Shown here in pieces: positions 15,613 to 24,520 of a stretch of 31,997 nt of DNA (its first letter is position 1; each line of letters opens with the position of its first letter). Under the pieces are notes generated by a model. The model ran no database searches. It saw only the letters and a list, made by a program, of their open reading frames with translations, and had not been told where the DNA came from. The DNA comes from a virus (lineage: Duplodnaviria; Caudoviricetes): positions 1-31,997 of the IMG/VR virus record IMGVR_UViG_3300032257_000077; one strand, written 5' to 3'. A program made the position numbers and the translations under genes.

Positions 15613-16517
15613 GGTAAAAATCCTTTATTAAGCGCAACATAAGAACCCGTAATTTCAGTAAACCATTCATCAGAATGCGTATCACCGGTATGTTTTAAAC
15701 CGGTAACAAAGTACTCACGTGAATATTTATCTTGATTTTGAAGCGTTTCACTAATGCTTTTAGATTCAACATGCACACGTTGCAGGATTTTTATTTGTGG
15801 TCGCAACAATGATTGAAATTCAACACCTAATCGCGTGACTTTAGGGCTACCTAATAAACCATTCTCAGGCTTAAAGGTATTTAGTTCAGTTTGACTACTT
15901 GTTAAATCTCTAGGCTCACCTTTTTTATAGACTAGCAAGCTACCGTCTTCTTCAATAGTAAACTTAAGGTCATACCGTGATAAAAATACAGCCGCCTCAT
16001 TATAGGCAATACCTGACATTGAATAACTAAGAGCAAATTTATTTTGCAAAGCTTTTTCAGCTTCTTCTATATATTGGATATCAACACCCAGAATTGTAGC
16101 AAGAAGGTCGTTTGCTATTTTCTTTGCGGAGGTTTTCTTGCCATAACTTAATTGTAATCGAGACTTAATGGCTGCACATCGTCCGGTATATAGTTCAATA
16201 TCCGTTATCCAGTCAGGGCCTAACCTTTGGTTCGATGCAAATAACACATCACCTGTAATCAAATGAATAAGTTGATCGCCATAGCCCACGCGCAAGGTGC
16301 ATTTAATATATTCTCCTATGCAGGGATCATCTTGATTATGTATTATTCTTGCAAGCGTACCCCTGGATGAAGGATTTAGATTATAAATTCGAATAGTGCC
16401 TACGTTAAATTGAACGCCATCTTGTTTAGAAACATCAAATGCTATACGCAGCTTTGTAACTGGATTAATATCAGCACCTTCAAAAGATACCTCTATATTT
16501 CTATTAAATTGCTTCAT
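15609..16517 (-). CDS. Baseplate hub protein
   Basis: IRIYNL..LRVGYG..GLLGSP..GDTHSDEW; probable start ATG 16517 (MKQFNR). Confidence 0.85.
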   Translation of the reverse strand: MKQFNRNIEVSFEGADINPVTKLRIAFDVSKQDGVQFNVGTIRIYNLNPSSRGTLARIIHNQDDPCIGEYIKCTLRVGYGDQLIHLITGDVLFASNQRLGPDWITDIELYTGRCAAIKSRLQLSYGKKTSAKKIANDLLATILGVDIQYIEEAEKALQNKFALSYSMSGIAYNEAAVFLSRYDLKFTIEEDGSLLVYKKGEPRDLTSSQTELNTFKPENGLLGSPKVTRLGVEFQSLLRPQIKILQRVHVESKSISETLQNQDKYSREYFVTGLKHTGDTHSDEWFTEITGSYVALNKGFLP

Positions 16518-16818
16518 CGTATTGCAACTGTATTGTATTGCCAAATTCAGAAGAACTTGGATCATTATATAAACCTGATGAGTCGACAATAGAAAGAATG
16601 CCGGCTGGCACATCATAAGCGCGGTATTGAGACAATAAATCAGTCCCATGTACCAACTTAATGCCGTCAACAACAATGGCATCATTTCGGCTAACTCTTA
16701 AATACCATCGATCTTCACGTTTATTGTAATGGAATGATAAATCAAACACTTGCCCATCCATCTCAACTGACATTGAATAGGCATCAGTTTCTTTATTTAC
16801 ACGAATAGAATATTTCAT
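16504..16818 (-). CDS. Baseplate plug-like protein
   Basis: YNKREDRWYL..GIKLVHGTDLLSQY motif; position upstream of hub. Confidence 0.75.
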   Translation of the reverse strand: MKYSIRVNKETDAYSMSVEMDGQVFDLSFHYNKREDRWYLRVSRNDAIVVDGIKLVHGTDLLSQYRAYDVPAGILSIVDSSGLYNDPSSSEFGNTIQLQYDEAI

Positions 16819-17333
16819 GATATTAACTCTTTCTGAACATACCCCTTACTTACAGAGCCAATCGCAGAGTGCCTAACATCTTTTGCTATCAATTCTCGAT
16901 TCGATTTAACGTTATCACCAATTATCGGAATTTCAACTAAAACCATATTGAAACGGATTGAATGACCATCTTTTGAATTACGTGGAACTGATAAATTCTC
17001 GATAACCATATTTTCATATACACGAATACCAGTATCAACATCAAAAGGCTTCCTATTATTTTGCAGCTTAACTAATTCAAAATATGCTTGGTTTGCTCTC
17101 CCTTCCTTACCTGCCTGCGCAATTGAAAAATAATATAATGAGGTATCACTAACTCTGCAAGTCAATTCAAGAACAATAGGTAATAAGACAATATGATCAG
17201 AATATTGTGAACCATCTTCAATAGGGTTCCGTGTAACGATTGAATCAAGCCGATGATCTTCATCAAGCGAAGCATCCATTTCAATGCTACCGATTTTAGT
17301 TAAAATTACAAATGGATCGCCTATGCCTAGCAT
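16815..17333 (-). CDS. Tail tube initiator / Dit-like baseplate protein
   Basis: DASLDEDH..VTRNPIEDGSQYSDH..DVDTGIRVYENM. Confidence 0.8.
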   Translation of the reverse strand: MLGIGDPFVILTKIGSIEMDASLDEDHRLDSIVTRNPIEDGSQYSDHIVLLPIVLELTCRVSDTSLYYFSIAQAGKEGRANQAYFELVKLQNNRKPFDVDTGIRVYENMVIENLSVPRNSKDGHSIRFNMVLVEIPIIGDNVKSNRELIAKDVRHSAIGSVSKGYVQKELIS

Positions 17334-18397
17334 TATCGTTCCTCAGTGGGTATTAATTGATTTGTGCCTTTCCTGAATTCTTCTTTAATTTTTTGCACTG
17401 TAAGTGAAGACGCTTTTCTTGGATCATCAGTGGTTATATTAAAAGTGTTGTTAATGTTGACTCCTGACCGATTAATTTGGCCTGATGCTGCTGGCACTAT
17501 TTCATTTGTTTCTGGAGTACTTTTACCTTTTATAAGATCAAAGCCTTTTTTACTGAGAATTCTTTGCAATAATGCGTCAATAAAGCCATCCTGTTCACCT
17601 TCACTAATAAAATTATCTATAGATTGCACTTGTCTAGTTGAATAATCGATAACAGGGACTGAAACTTTGTTGAATGATTTTCCGGAATTATCCAACGTGT
17701 TTTGAAAGTTTTTCGCTGCTCGATTTGACGCAAGTATTATGTCAGGTAAATTTTTAAGTGCTTTTATTTGACTGGCTTCAATTTGTTTTAATATAGCGCT
17801 TACGATATTAGCTTTCTGGGTAAGGCCTATTTCCCCGCCGAACTCACCTGGATCAAATATATTATTTAAACGATTTCGCTTATTTACATATACTTGATCA
17901 AATTCAGGAAACTGCTTCAAGAAATCAAAATTACCTGACTTAATTGCTTCCTGAAATATACCCATCATTTCATTAATGTTTCCACCTGTACGTGTCACTA
18001 TCTTTGAGGTGGAAGATAGTATGGTATTAAAAAGTTTTAGCGCTTCATTTCCATGACCAAAATCTTCAACAAATTTCGCCGCACCAAGATTAAAGTTTTT
18101 ATCGGTAAAGGTGATGCCGGCGCCTTTTGTAAGGCGATCAATTTCAGCTCGTGTTTTTTTTAGCATATCTTGAAACTTAGAGAAATCCGTTTCAGCTAAT
18201 CGCTCAAGATTGAATGCTGCACGCTCAGCGGCTAATCCAGCATCTACCGCCCCTTTAACAGTAAAAGCCCCACCAAAAATAGCAGCAAGCTTAAGCGCCT
18301 TGCTAGACATGCCCTTAACGGTTTTGTTGTATTTATTGATATCTTTTTTATTAACATCAAAACTAAAACGTGTAACAAGATCGCGTAATACACCCAT
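17333..18397 (-). CDS. Tape measure protein (short, 354 aa)
   Basis: Position after the tail chaperone; MGVLRDLVTRFSFDV start; helical; C-terminal NINNTFNI. Confidence 0.78.
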   Translation of the reverse strand: MGVLRDLVTRFSFDVNKKDINKYNKTVKGMSSKALKLAAIFGGAFTVKGAVDAGLAAERAAFNLERLAETDFSKFQDMLKKTRAEIDRLTKGAGITFTDKNFNLGAAKFVEDFGHGNEALKLFNTILSSTSKIVTRTGGNINEMMGIFQEAIKSGNFDFLKQFPEFDQVYVNKRNRLNNIFDPGEFGGEIGLTQKANIVSAILKQIEASQIKALKNLPDIILASNRAAKNFQNTLDNSGKSFNKVSVPVIDYSTRQVQSIDNFISEGEQDGFIDALLQRILSKKGFDLIKGKSTPETNEIVPAASGQINRSGVNINNTFNITTDDPRKASSLTVQKIKEEFRKGTNQLIPTEER

Positions 18398-18579
18398 TAT
18401 TTAGCATCCTCAATATCAAAGACCAGGTTGTTTAATTTTATGATATCTACAATGCTTGAATTGACTTGAGCATCATGCAATGTGATTAAATTCGCCATGA
18501 CCGGCCTCAAGATTAATGGGTGAAGTTCGTATTCTTTTACTCGGGTGCTAATAAGTTCTCTATAAATGGATAAAGATTT
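18397..18579 (-). CDS. -1 frameshift extension of tail assembly chaperone (gpGT-like)
   Basis: -1 frame from the A9 tract is open for 60 codons (..HPLILRPVMANLITLHDA..SIVDIIKLN..) and ends TAATG into the tape measure gene. Confidence 0.82.
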   Translation of the reverse strand, partial: KSLSIYRELISTRVKEYELHPLILRPVMANLITLHDAQVNSSIVDIIKLNNLVFDIEDAK

Positions 18580-18953
18580 TTTTTTACCACATCATCGAAA
18601 TGATTAAACAATATTATTTCACCAACAAGTACGAATAACTCAGAGTAATTTCCGGCAAAGGTGTTGTTGTAGAATTCTTCTGTGAATTCAGGCTTGATTA
18701 TACTATCTTCAATCAGCTTTCTAATGAATTGAGGTGTACCAATCACATCTGTTTTTTCAATAATGCCGGCAATGATTGCACCAATATTAACTTCGGGTTC
18801 ATCAAAATTCAGTAATGATTTAATATTCACACCATCTTTTGCACCAGCCAATATTTTAGACAGCGCAATAAAGACTTCAAAACCATTTTCAGTAGGTAAT
18901 TGTTGTATAGTAATTTTAGTGCCACATACCTTAACTGTTTTCTGTTCCAACAT
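18537..18953 (-). CDS. Tail assembly chaperone (gpG-like)
   Basis: Between tube and tape measure; probable start ATG 18953 coupled to tube stop; slippery GTA AAA AAA AAT near 3' end. Confidence 0.82.
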   Translation of the reverse strand: MLEQKTVKVCGTKITIQQLPTENGFEVFIALSKILAGAKDGVNIKSLLNFDEPEVNIGAIIAGIIEKTDVIGTPQFIRKLIEDSIIKPEFTEEFYNNTFAGNYSELFVLVGEIILFNHFDDVVKKNLYPFIENLLAPE

Positions 18954-19381
18954 TAAGCCGCACCACCAACAACAATTTGAATATTGTTTGTTCTTATTTC
19001 CCATTCACGGGTTTCAACACCACGTTTATATGAGATAGATGCGATTTTTTGAATCCATGCTTGCGCCGCAACAACCAGATCATTGCCACGTGTATCTTTA
19101 AGAATGACAGGAAATATGCCTAGACCAGTGAATTCATCAGCCTTGGCTAAACCTGACAAGAACAGATTTGATTTACTTGTCTGTAATAACTTAACCGTTA
19201 TTAATCCACGTTTGTCATTATTAGCGAAGCGAACAACATCACCTTGTGCGCCGGCTTCATCGTCAAATATATTGGCATCACGATCAGCGGTAACCATATC
19301 ATCTGCAAAGCCAGAAATAAGATTGCCACCAATAATCAGTTCAATATTCTTAGGATCAAATGTTTCTAATGTATTTGACAT
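18953..19381 (-). CDS. Tail tube protein (DUF3277-like)
   Basis: TFDPKNI..ISGFADD..GAQGDV..LLQTSKSN..REWEI. Confidence 0.87.
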   Translation of the reverse strand: MSNTLETFDPKNIELIIGGNLISGFADDMVTADRDANIFDDEAGAQGDVVRFANNDKRGLITVKLLQTSKSNLFLSGLAKADEFTGLGIFPVILKDTRGNDLVVAAQAWIQKIASISYKRGVETREWEIRTNNIQIVVGGAA

Positions 19382-19385
19382 AATT

Positions 19386-20669
19386 TTATACCTGCGCGTT
19401 TACTGTAATTGCTAAAGAGTGAATAGCACCGGCCATTTGAGCCTGTGCCGTTATTCCGGGAAAGTATCGTGCTGTACGATCAGTGGTAGATTGATCCGCA
19501 ACCTTAGGAACCGTGATTCGATAGAAGTCACCTGAATCATCAAGCAAAGCACCTAAAATATTTTGATTCACAGCCTGATCAAGTACTTGTTGAATTTCAC
19601 CTTCAAGAATTGCTGCGCCACCATCGGTATACGGTACTTTTGGAGAATTCAATAATCGAGTCACAATGCCTTCACCAATACGCGCTTCAATCCAATCAAT
19701 ACCACGTTGAATATCGATATAACGACCTGAAGCCATTACACCTTCATGCGTTGAACCAACACCGGCAAGGGGTGTGTAAAGATTCGCATTCTTACCAAGG
19801 GCATTTGATTCTTCTGTTGGTGTTAAAAATGTTCGTGGTACGGGTACAACGCTTGTTAGGCTTTTAAACTTCCAAGTTTCAGAGCCTGGATCACTTGGCA
19901 ACATCAGTCCAACCCAAGCCGCCTCAGGGAATGTATAGCGCGCGAAGTAATTAACGGTTGCTGGACCAGCTTCATCAATTGCTGTTGTGGTCACTGTAAA
20001 AGTATTTGCATCAACAACACTTGCAACCGTGTTATCACCATCAATGCTTGCACCTGATGAAGTATCAAAAGTAGTTGGATCACCAACACGCAAGCCATGA
20101 GAAGCTTGAACAATAGTGGCCACATTGCTTGTGACAGTATAAGCGGCACCGGTTACATCAACACCGGCTTCATGGTGCCACATGTAACCTGTACGATTAT
20201 AACCAGCGGCTTTTAATGCAGCTGCAATGTCAGTGGTTGCGGTAGTAATAACATCCGCATCTTCACTACTAGATAAGAATATTTTTTGTTGAGCTTCAAC
20301 CCATGCCGCAATTAATTCAATATCAGCTTTTAGTTTGTAAGGCGTGACCACACAATAAAAATCTGAATCTTCATCATTAATCACACCTAAGGCAGAAGTA
20401 ATGCTGGCATCACCTGAATCTTGTCGCCCTACTTTTATAGTAGTCGGTGCACGTTCTTGAGAAAATATTGCATTAGCGCATTTATACACTTTTGAGGTGG
20501 TTGCAAAATCAACGGCAATATCTGTCATGTTTGAATATGAACGAACACGCTCAGGAAAAATTGAAGATGCAAACAAATCAAAAATCAACGGAATACCAAA
20601 ACCTGTTCTGGTGATCTTCGTGTCAGCAACATTGACAGTGACATTTACTACATCGGCTATTTCACTCAT
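19386..20669 (-). CDS. Tail sheath protein (DUF3383-like)
   Basis: GFGIPLI, PGSETWKFKSL, GRYIDIQRGIDWI, KVPYTDGG and AGAIHS motifs. Confidence 0.9.
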   Translation of the reverse strand: MSEIADVVNVTVNVADTKITRTGFGIPLIFDLFASSIFPERVRSYSNMTDIAVDFATTSKVYKCANAIFSQERAPTTIKVGRQDSGDASITSALGVINDEDSDFYCVVTPYKLKADIELIAAWVEAQQKIFLSSSEDADVITTATTDIAAALKAAGYNRTGYMWHHEAGVDVTGAAYTVTSNVATIVQASHGLRVGDPTTFDTSSGASIDGDNTVASVVDANTFTVTTTAIDEAGPATVNYFARYTFPEAAWVGLMLPSDPGSETWKFKSLTSVVPVPRTFLTPTEESNALGKNANLYTPLAGVGSTHEGVMASGRYIDIQRGIDWIEARIGEGIVTRLLNSPKVPYTDGGAAILEGEIQQVLDQAVNQNILGALLDDSGDFYRITVPKVADQSTTDRTARYFPGITAQAQMAGAIHSLAITVNAQV

Positions 20670-20680
20670 TGTTTTGTACC

Positions 20681-21250
20681 TTACTCAGTAATAGTTAAAT
20701 TCGTATTTAATTCAGTGGGTGCATCTGCTGTTTCAATCCAATTACCACTTCCATCATCACCATCATTAAATGTTTCGCCTGTATAAAGCAAAGTTAAATC
20801 CGTTTGTGCGCGGCGTTCCCATCGTTCGCCAAGCTGTTCATCTAAGTTATTAATGGGAGTATGGTCAAGAATTGAAAAATTTGCACTATTAAATAATTCA
20901 ACAAAAAATGTTTGCTCGAGTGACATCAAAGCAACTTCTAAAAGGTCACCGGCTTCATTATCAGTCGCAAGATCTTTGGGATCTGTATAGACCTCAACTT
21001 GCAACATCATTTTGCGTGGACCAGCAACATTACGTTCAATAACTTCACTGACCGCATTATAGTTTTCAATCACATCATCAAAACCAAACCGGATGCCTCG
21101 AGTATTTATTTTAATTGCAATATAGGGTTTGGCTGGGCGACCTTCTGCTTGGTTTTTATCAATAACAGTGGCAACACCTGTTGATGTTGTTAACCACGTT
21201 TCAATGGCATCCATAAAAGCTTTGAAGTCAGTTAATAATGCTATAGCCAT
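20681..21250 (-). CDS. Tail terminator / neck protein
   Basis: Position before sheath; Q...RPAKPYI..WERRAQTDL. Confidence 0.75.
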   Translation of the reverse strand: MAIALLTDFKAFMDAIETWLTTSTGVATVIDKNQAEGRPAKPYIAIKINTRGIRFGFDDVIENYNAVSEVIERNVAGPRKMMLQVEVYTDPKDLATDNEAGDLLEVALMSLEQTFFVELFNSANFSILDHTPINNLDEQLGERWERRAQTDLTLLYTGETFNDGDDGSGNWIETADAPTELNTNLTITE

Positions 21251-21564
21251 TAGTCAGTTACCTTCACAGCTTGCGCTTTCCAGAATGGCCCCTCAGCCCA
21301 GTACTTCACTTTTTGTACGGTATAAATACTAATAACATCTTTGTTTTTAATTTCTGATACTGACCATATGTTGACCCACTCTAAAGTGTTCTGACCTTCA
21401 GGCACGTTTCGTAGTTCTTTATCTGATAAGGGTTGAATGTGTACATCAATGGTGGTGGTCAATGGTGTATTGGGTGTATTCACTCTATCAACAACAGTAG
21501 AGCCCATTGACCGTATCAATGGTTGAATTGATGAACGCTTTCGAATTGTACCTAAGACGCTCAT
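21250..21564 (-). CDS. Head closure / head-tail adaptor
   Basis: IQPLSDKELRNVPEG motif; position. Confidence 0.75.
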   Translation of the reverse strand: MSVLGTIRKRSSIQPLIRSMGSTVVDRVNTPNTPLTTTIDVHIQPLSDKELRNVPEGQNTLEWVNIWSVSEIKNKDVISIYTVQKVKYWAEGPFWKAQAVKVTD

Positions 21565-22121
21565 TCAACCACCGCGTATCGAATGGCACCGCCAAGGAAT
21601 CCTTTGTCCACTAATGGATTATCACTACCTTTTTTACGAATAGTACTTGCAGCATTAGCAGGTGAATCAAGATTAATTATTTGAGATTTAATGTCACCTT
21701 CAACTAACTGGCCAAGTAATGAAAGAGCCTGAAACTTATCAAGATACCCATCAATTATTTGTCCCATTACTTTTTGAACAGCTCGAGAATACTTTTCTTC
21801 ATTCTCATCAACGGTTGTTCGAATGTATGAGCGTTCAGGAATAACAATCACATGTGGCTTCGTTTCACCTAACACCTTGTAACCTTCACCTTTCTTTAAA
21901 AAGCGAACTTTACCGGCTTGTGCATCTTTTTCAGTTTTGTAGCCATATGCAGTGCCACCCGGATGATTAATCTCAGCACCAAATTCATGTGCTGCAGCAA
22001 TTTTTAAGAGAGTTTCATCTTCATCAGACTGAAGGCCAATATCAACATGATTTGCTTTGTCAGCAATACGCTTCAAGGTTGCTTTCATGCCTTTGTCGAT
22101 ATCTTTGATACGCGCGGCCAT
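21561..22121 (-). CDS. Neck / virion morphogenesis protein
   Basis: IAAAHEFG..IPERSYIR..PANAASTIRKKGSDNPLVD.G. Confidence 0.82.
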   Translation of the reverse strand: MAARIKDIDKGMKATLKRIADKANHVDIGLQSDEDETLLKIAAAHEFGAEINHPGGTAYGYKTEKDAQAGKVRFLKKGEGYKVLGETKPHVIVIPERSYIRTTVDENEEKYSRAVQKVMGQIIDGYLDKFQALSLLGQLVEGDIKSQIINLDSPANAASTIRKKGSDNPLVDKGFLGGAIRYAVVE

Positions 22122-22122
22122 G

Positions 22123-22488
22123 TTAGACCACCAATATTTTAGGAATGAGACTGTTTCGAAGTTCTATGAAGTATAAGCCGTATTGAGTTGAGGCAATCAC
22201 GGATTGTTGATTCAAATAAGGCAGTGTATAGGATGTTGTGATATCACCAATGGATTCAGATGATAAAGGACCACGGCCACCGGCTTCAGTAAATGCAAGG
22301 CTTAAAAGGTGTGCTGCGTAATAGGTTTGGGCTTCTTCTGTTAATGTGCCGAATTTACCAACAGTAACCAACTTTTCAACAAGTGCAAGCGTATTAATCA
22401 CAACCGGTGAAGCTTCCGTTAAATCAGGAATATTTTCATCACCGGCTGCAATAGCTTTAACTTTTTGTAAGTTGGTTAATATGGTCAT
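22123..22488 (-). CDS. Head-tail connector (DUF4054-like)
   Basis: YYAAHLL..SSESIGDITTSY..STQYG. Confidence 0.82.
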   Translation of the reverse strand: MTILTNLQKVKAIAAGDENIPDLTEASPVVINTLALVEKLVTVGKFGTLTEEAQTYYAAHLLSLAFTEAGGRGPLSSESIGDITTSYTLPYLNQQSVIASTQYGLYFIELRNSLIPKILVV

Positions 22489-22892
22489 TATTCTTCAGTA
22501 TCAGAACCGATATCTTTATTCAATTTTTCAATTTGAGCTTCAATATGCTCAATAACTGAATTACGCGGTTTAGCTGATGTACTTTCTTCATCAAGATAAC
22601 CATTCAATACATCGATATCTATTTCAGCATCAATAATTGATTTCGCATCAGGAACTTTAGCCTTACTAATAACAACACTACCATCTTCGCTAACAGCTTC
22701 ATCATTAAGAACAGTCACAATACCGTCTTCAATCAAACACTGGAAACCTTCAGATCCTTTTTTCTTATCCATTAATTTATCAAACACAGCATCATCAACA
22801 GTGTTTGCACCGGGCACAAGTCGAACAAGCGCATCAACGCCAGCCGATACAGTGTGAGTATTTAAAGCGTCATAATTTAGTACTTTAGCCAT
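22488..22892 (-). CDS. Head-associated hypothetical protein
   Basis: LVPGANTV..E...KPRNSVIEHIEAQI; follows major capsid gene. Confidence 0.7.
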   Translation of the reverse strand: MAKVLNYDALNTHTVSAGVDALVRLVPGANTVDDAVFDKLMDKKKGSEGFQCLIEDGIVTVLNDEAVSEDGSVVISKAKVPDAKSIIDAEIDIDVLNGYLDEESTSAKPRNSVIEHIEAQIEKLNKDIGSDTEE

Positions 22893-22925
22893 AATAATTT
22901 ACCTTCATAATTTATTGTTGAGTGT

Positions 22926-22957
22926 AAAAAAAGGGCAAGTAAAATACCTGCCCTTTT
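22926..22957 (-). terminator. Rho-independent terminator after major capsid gene
   Basis: Minus strand GGGCAGGTA-TTT-TACTTGCCC followed by T7. Confidence 0.85.
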
Positions 22958-22976
22958 CTATTTGGTGCTATCTATC

Positions 22977-23969
22977 TTAGAAGCCGTAAGCGAAGTGACA
23001 AGCCATTGGATATCGAACAACGACACCAGCAATTTCACATTCAACCGGAACTAAGAATTCTAAGTTACGCGCCTGAGGTGGCAGCATTTGCATTTCCATT
23101 GGGATACGAAGTTCAACAATTTCAGGGTCACTTTCAAATAAAACCATCTTATTTGTTGTGCCTGTTCCAATACCCGTTAGTTCTGGTAATGCTTCAACTT
23201 TAGTAATACCAAACCCATTATCAGGATCTTTAATGTATTTTAAGATTGTGTATTCAGGATAAGTAGAGCTCATTGGCGTAGTTGCTAAATAACGAAGCTT
23301 GTCGATAGGAAGTAACAACGTATCACCCATATGAATTTGATTGGTTGTTGCTTCAATATTGGTAACCAATGCCGCAATATCCGCAACAACTTCTAGTGGC
23401 GTTTTGTCAACACCCCATACGCGAGAAAAACCACCACCGGCTGCAGCTGCAACTTGCATATCAGGAATATTTGGGTGATATAAGAAACCAACGATTCCAT
23501 AATCTGCATCACCAAGAAATGCAATTTCATTTTCTTTTTCATGGACAGATCTTCGAACAGCATCCACTTTTTGCATTTCAAGAGGTACACCAGAAAACTG
23601 TGCATTTCGTAAGTCTTTAGTTGAGTAGCCGAATGATGATGCTAAATTATGCACGTTAGCTGTGTAACGTTTAGCGTTTACATCTGCACGCGGTAAATCA
23701 TCACCCGGATTGGCAATTATTTTTGCCATACCAGTTTTATCGTACATGTAGTAAACGATTGTGGAAGCACCCGGACCATCAACATTTGAAACATCGATTA
23801 AGCTTCGTGCTTTTAATTCACGGCGCTTAACTTGGTATAAACGTGGTTCAACCGCTTCAAGCTGGCGTTCCATGAAAATGGATTCGCCGGCATCAAGTCG
23901 TTTACCCTCTTTCGTTGTTACTAAATCGCTTACAATTTCTAAGCCGTCTTCGACAAATTGAGTACGCAT
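22977..23969 (-). CDS. Major capsid protein (DUF2184 / encapsulin-like HK97 fold)
   Basis: FMERQLE..GMAKII..DLPRADV..IAFLGD..GFLYHPN..GVVVRYP; AGAGG SD. Confidence 0.9.
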   Translation of the reverse strand: MRTQFVEDGLEIVSDLVTTKEGKRLDAGESIFMERQLEAVEPRLYQVKRRELKARSLIDVSNVDGPGASTIVYYMYDKTGMAKIIANPGDDLPRADVNAKRYTANVHNLASSFGYSTKDLRNAQFSGVPLEMQKVDAVRRSVHEKENEIAFLGDADYGIVGFLYHPNIPDMQVAAAAGGGFSRVWGVDKTPLEVVADIAALVTNIEATTNQIHMGDTLLLPIDKLRYLATTPMSSTYPEYTILKYIKDPDNGFGITKVEALPELTGIGTGTTNKMVLFESDPEIVELRIPMEMQMLPPQARNLEFLVPVECEIAGVVVRYPMACHFAYGF

Positions 23970-24008
23970 TTTAATTTCCTCTATTATTTCTAGTTAATCA
24001 ATTACGTC

Positions 24009-24485
24009 TTAAGACGGAATATTGAATTCAAGTAAAGCTAATTGGTTAATCGCTGTTGTAGTTGTCAACCATCTAGCTGTTGTGATTGCATCTGCACGTG
24101 CGGTATCTGCATCGATACGAAATTGACCCGGTATCAGTGCAGCATTAGCAGTGTGCCGTAAAAACACACCATCAGTCAGGATGTTAGTGATGATTGATTC
24201 TGACTTAACCCAGATACGCCCTTTACGAAGAACACTGATTGCAGTGTTTGCTTTGTAAGAAGCTAAGCCGCTTGAGTTGTTTAAAGGTAAATTCGTTTTA
24301 ATGGCAACGCCTTCAAATACAAAACCTGTTGCACTTGGTTGAGCTGATTCGTTTTCAGCTACAACCGCTAGGCCTTGGCCAAATAAAACTTCAGCAGCTG
24401 AGAAGCGTGTGACAATATCGTGATGACCTGAATCAGCTAATCCACCCTCAACACTTGCGATTAAATCTTCATAAGAAGTTTGCAT
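24009..24485 (-). CDS. Head decoration / cement protein
   Basis: VLRKGRIWV motif; between protease/scaffold and capsid genes. Confidence 0.8.
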   Translation of the reverse strand: MQTSYEDLIASVEGGLADSGHHDIVTRFSAAEVLFGQGLAVVAENESAQPSATGFVFEGVAIKTNLPLNNSSGLASYKANTAISVLRKGRIWVKSESIITNILTDGVFLRHTANAALIPGQFRIDADTARADAITTARWLTTTTAINQLALLEFNIPS

Positions 24486-24520
24486 GATAATTCCTCTATT
24501 TTATTTCTGTTAGGGTTTAT

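Noticed and set aside
16518-16685. 56-aa N-terminal extension of the hub ORF
   Set aside because: Overlaps the plug gene out of frame; hub-like sequence begins at MKQFNR (16517)
18954-19004. N-terminal extension MGNKNKQYSNCCWWCG of the tail chaperone
   Set aside because: Overlaps the tube gene; ATG 18953 is coupled to the tube stop
22977-23969. Encapsulin nanocompartment or tailocin/eCIS interpretation
   Set aside because: Portal, terminase, protease, neck and tail genes together indicate a genuine phage virion
23970-24500. Repeated TTCCTCTATT upstream of the capsid and decoration genes
   Set aside because: Explained as strong Shine-Dalgarno sequences (AATAGAGGAA) on the minus strand
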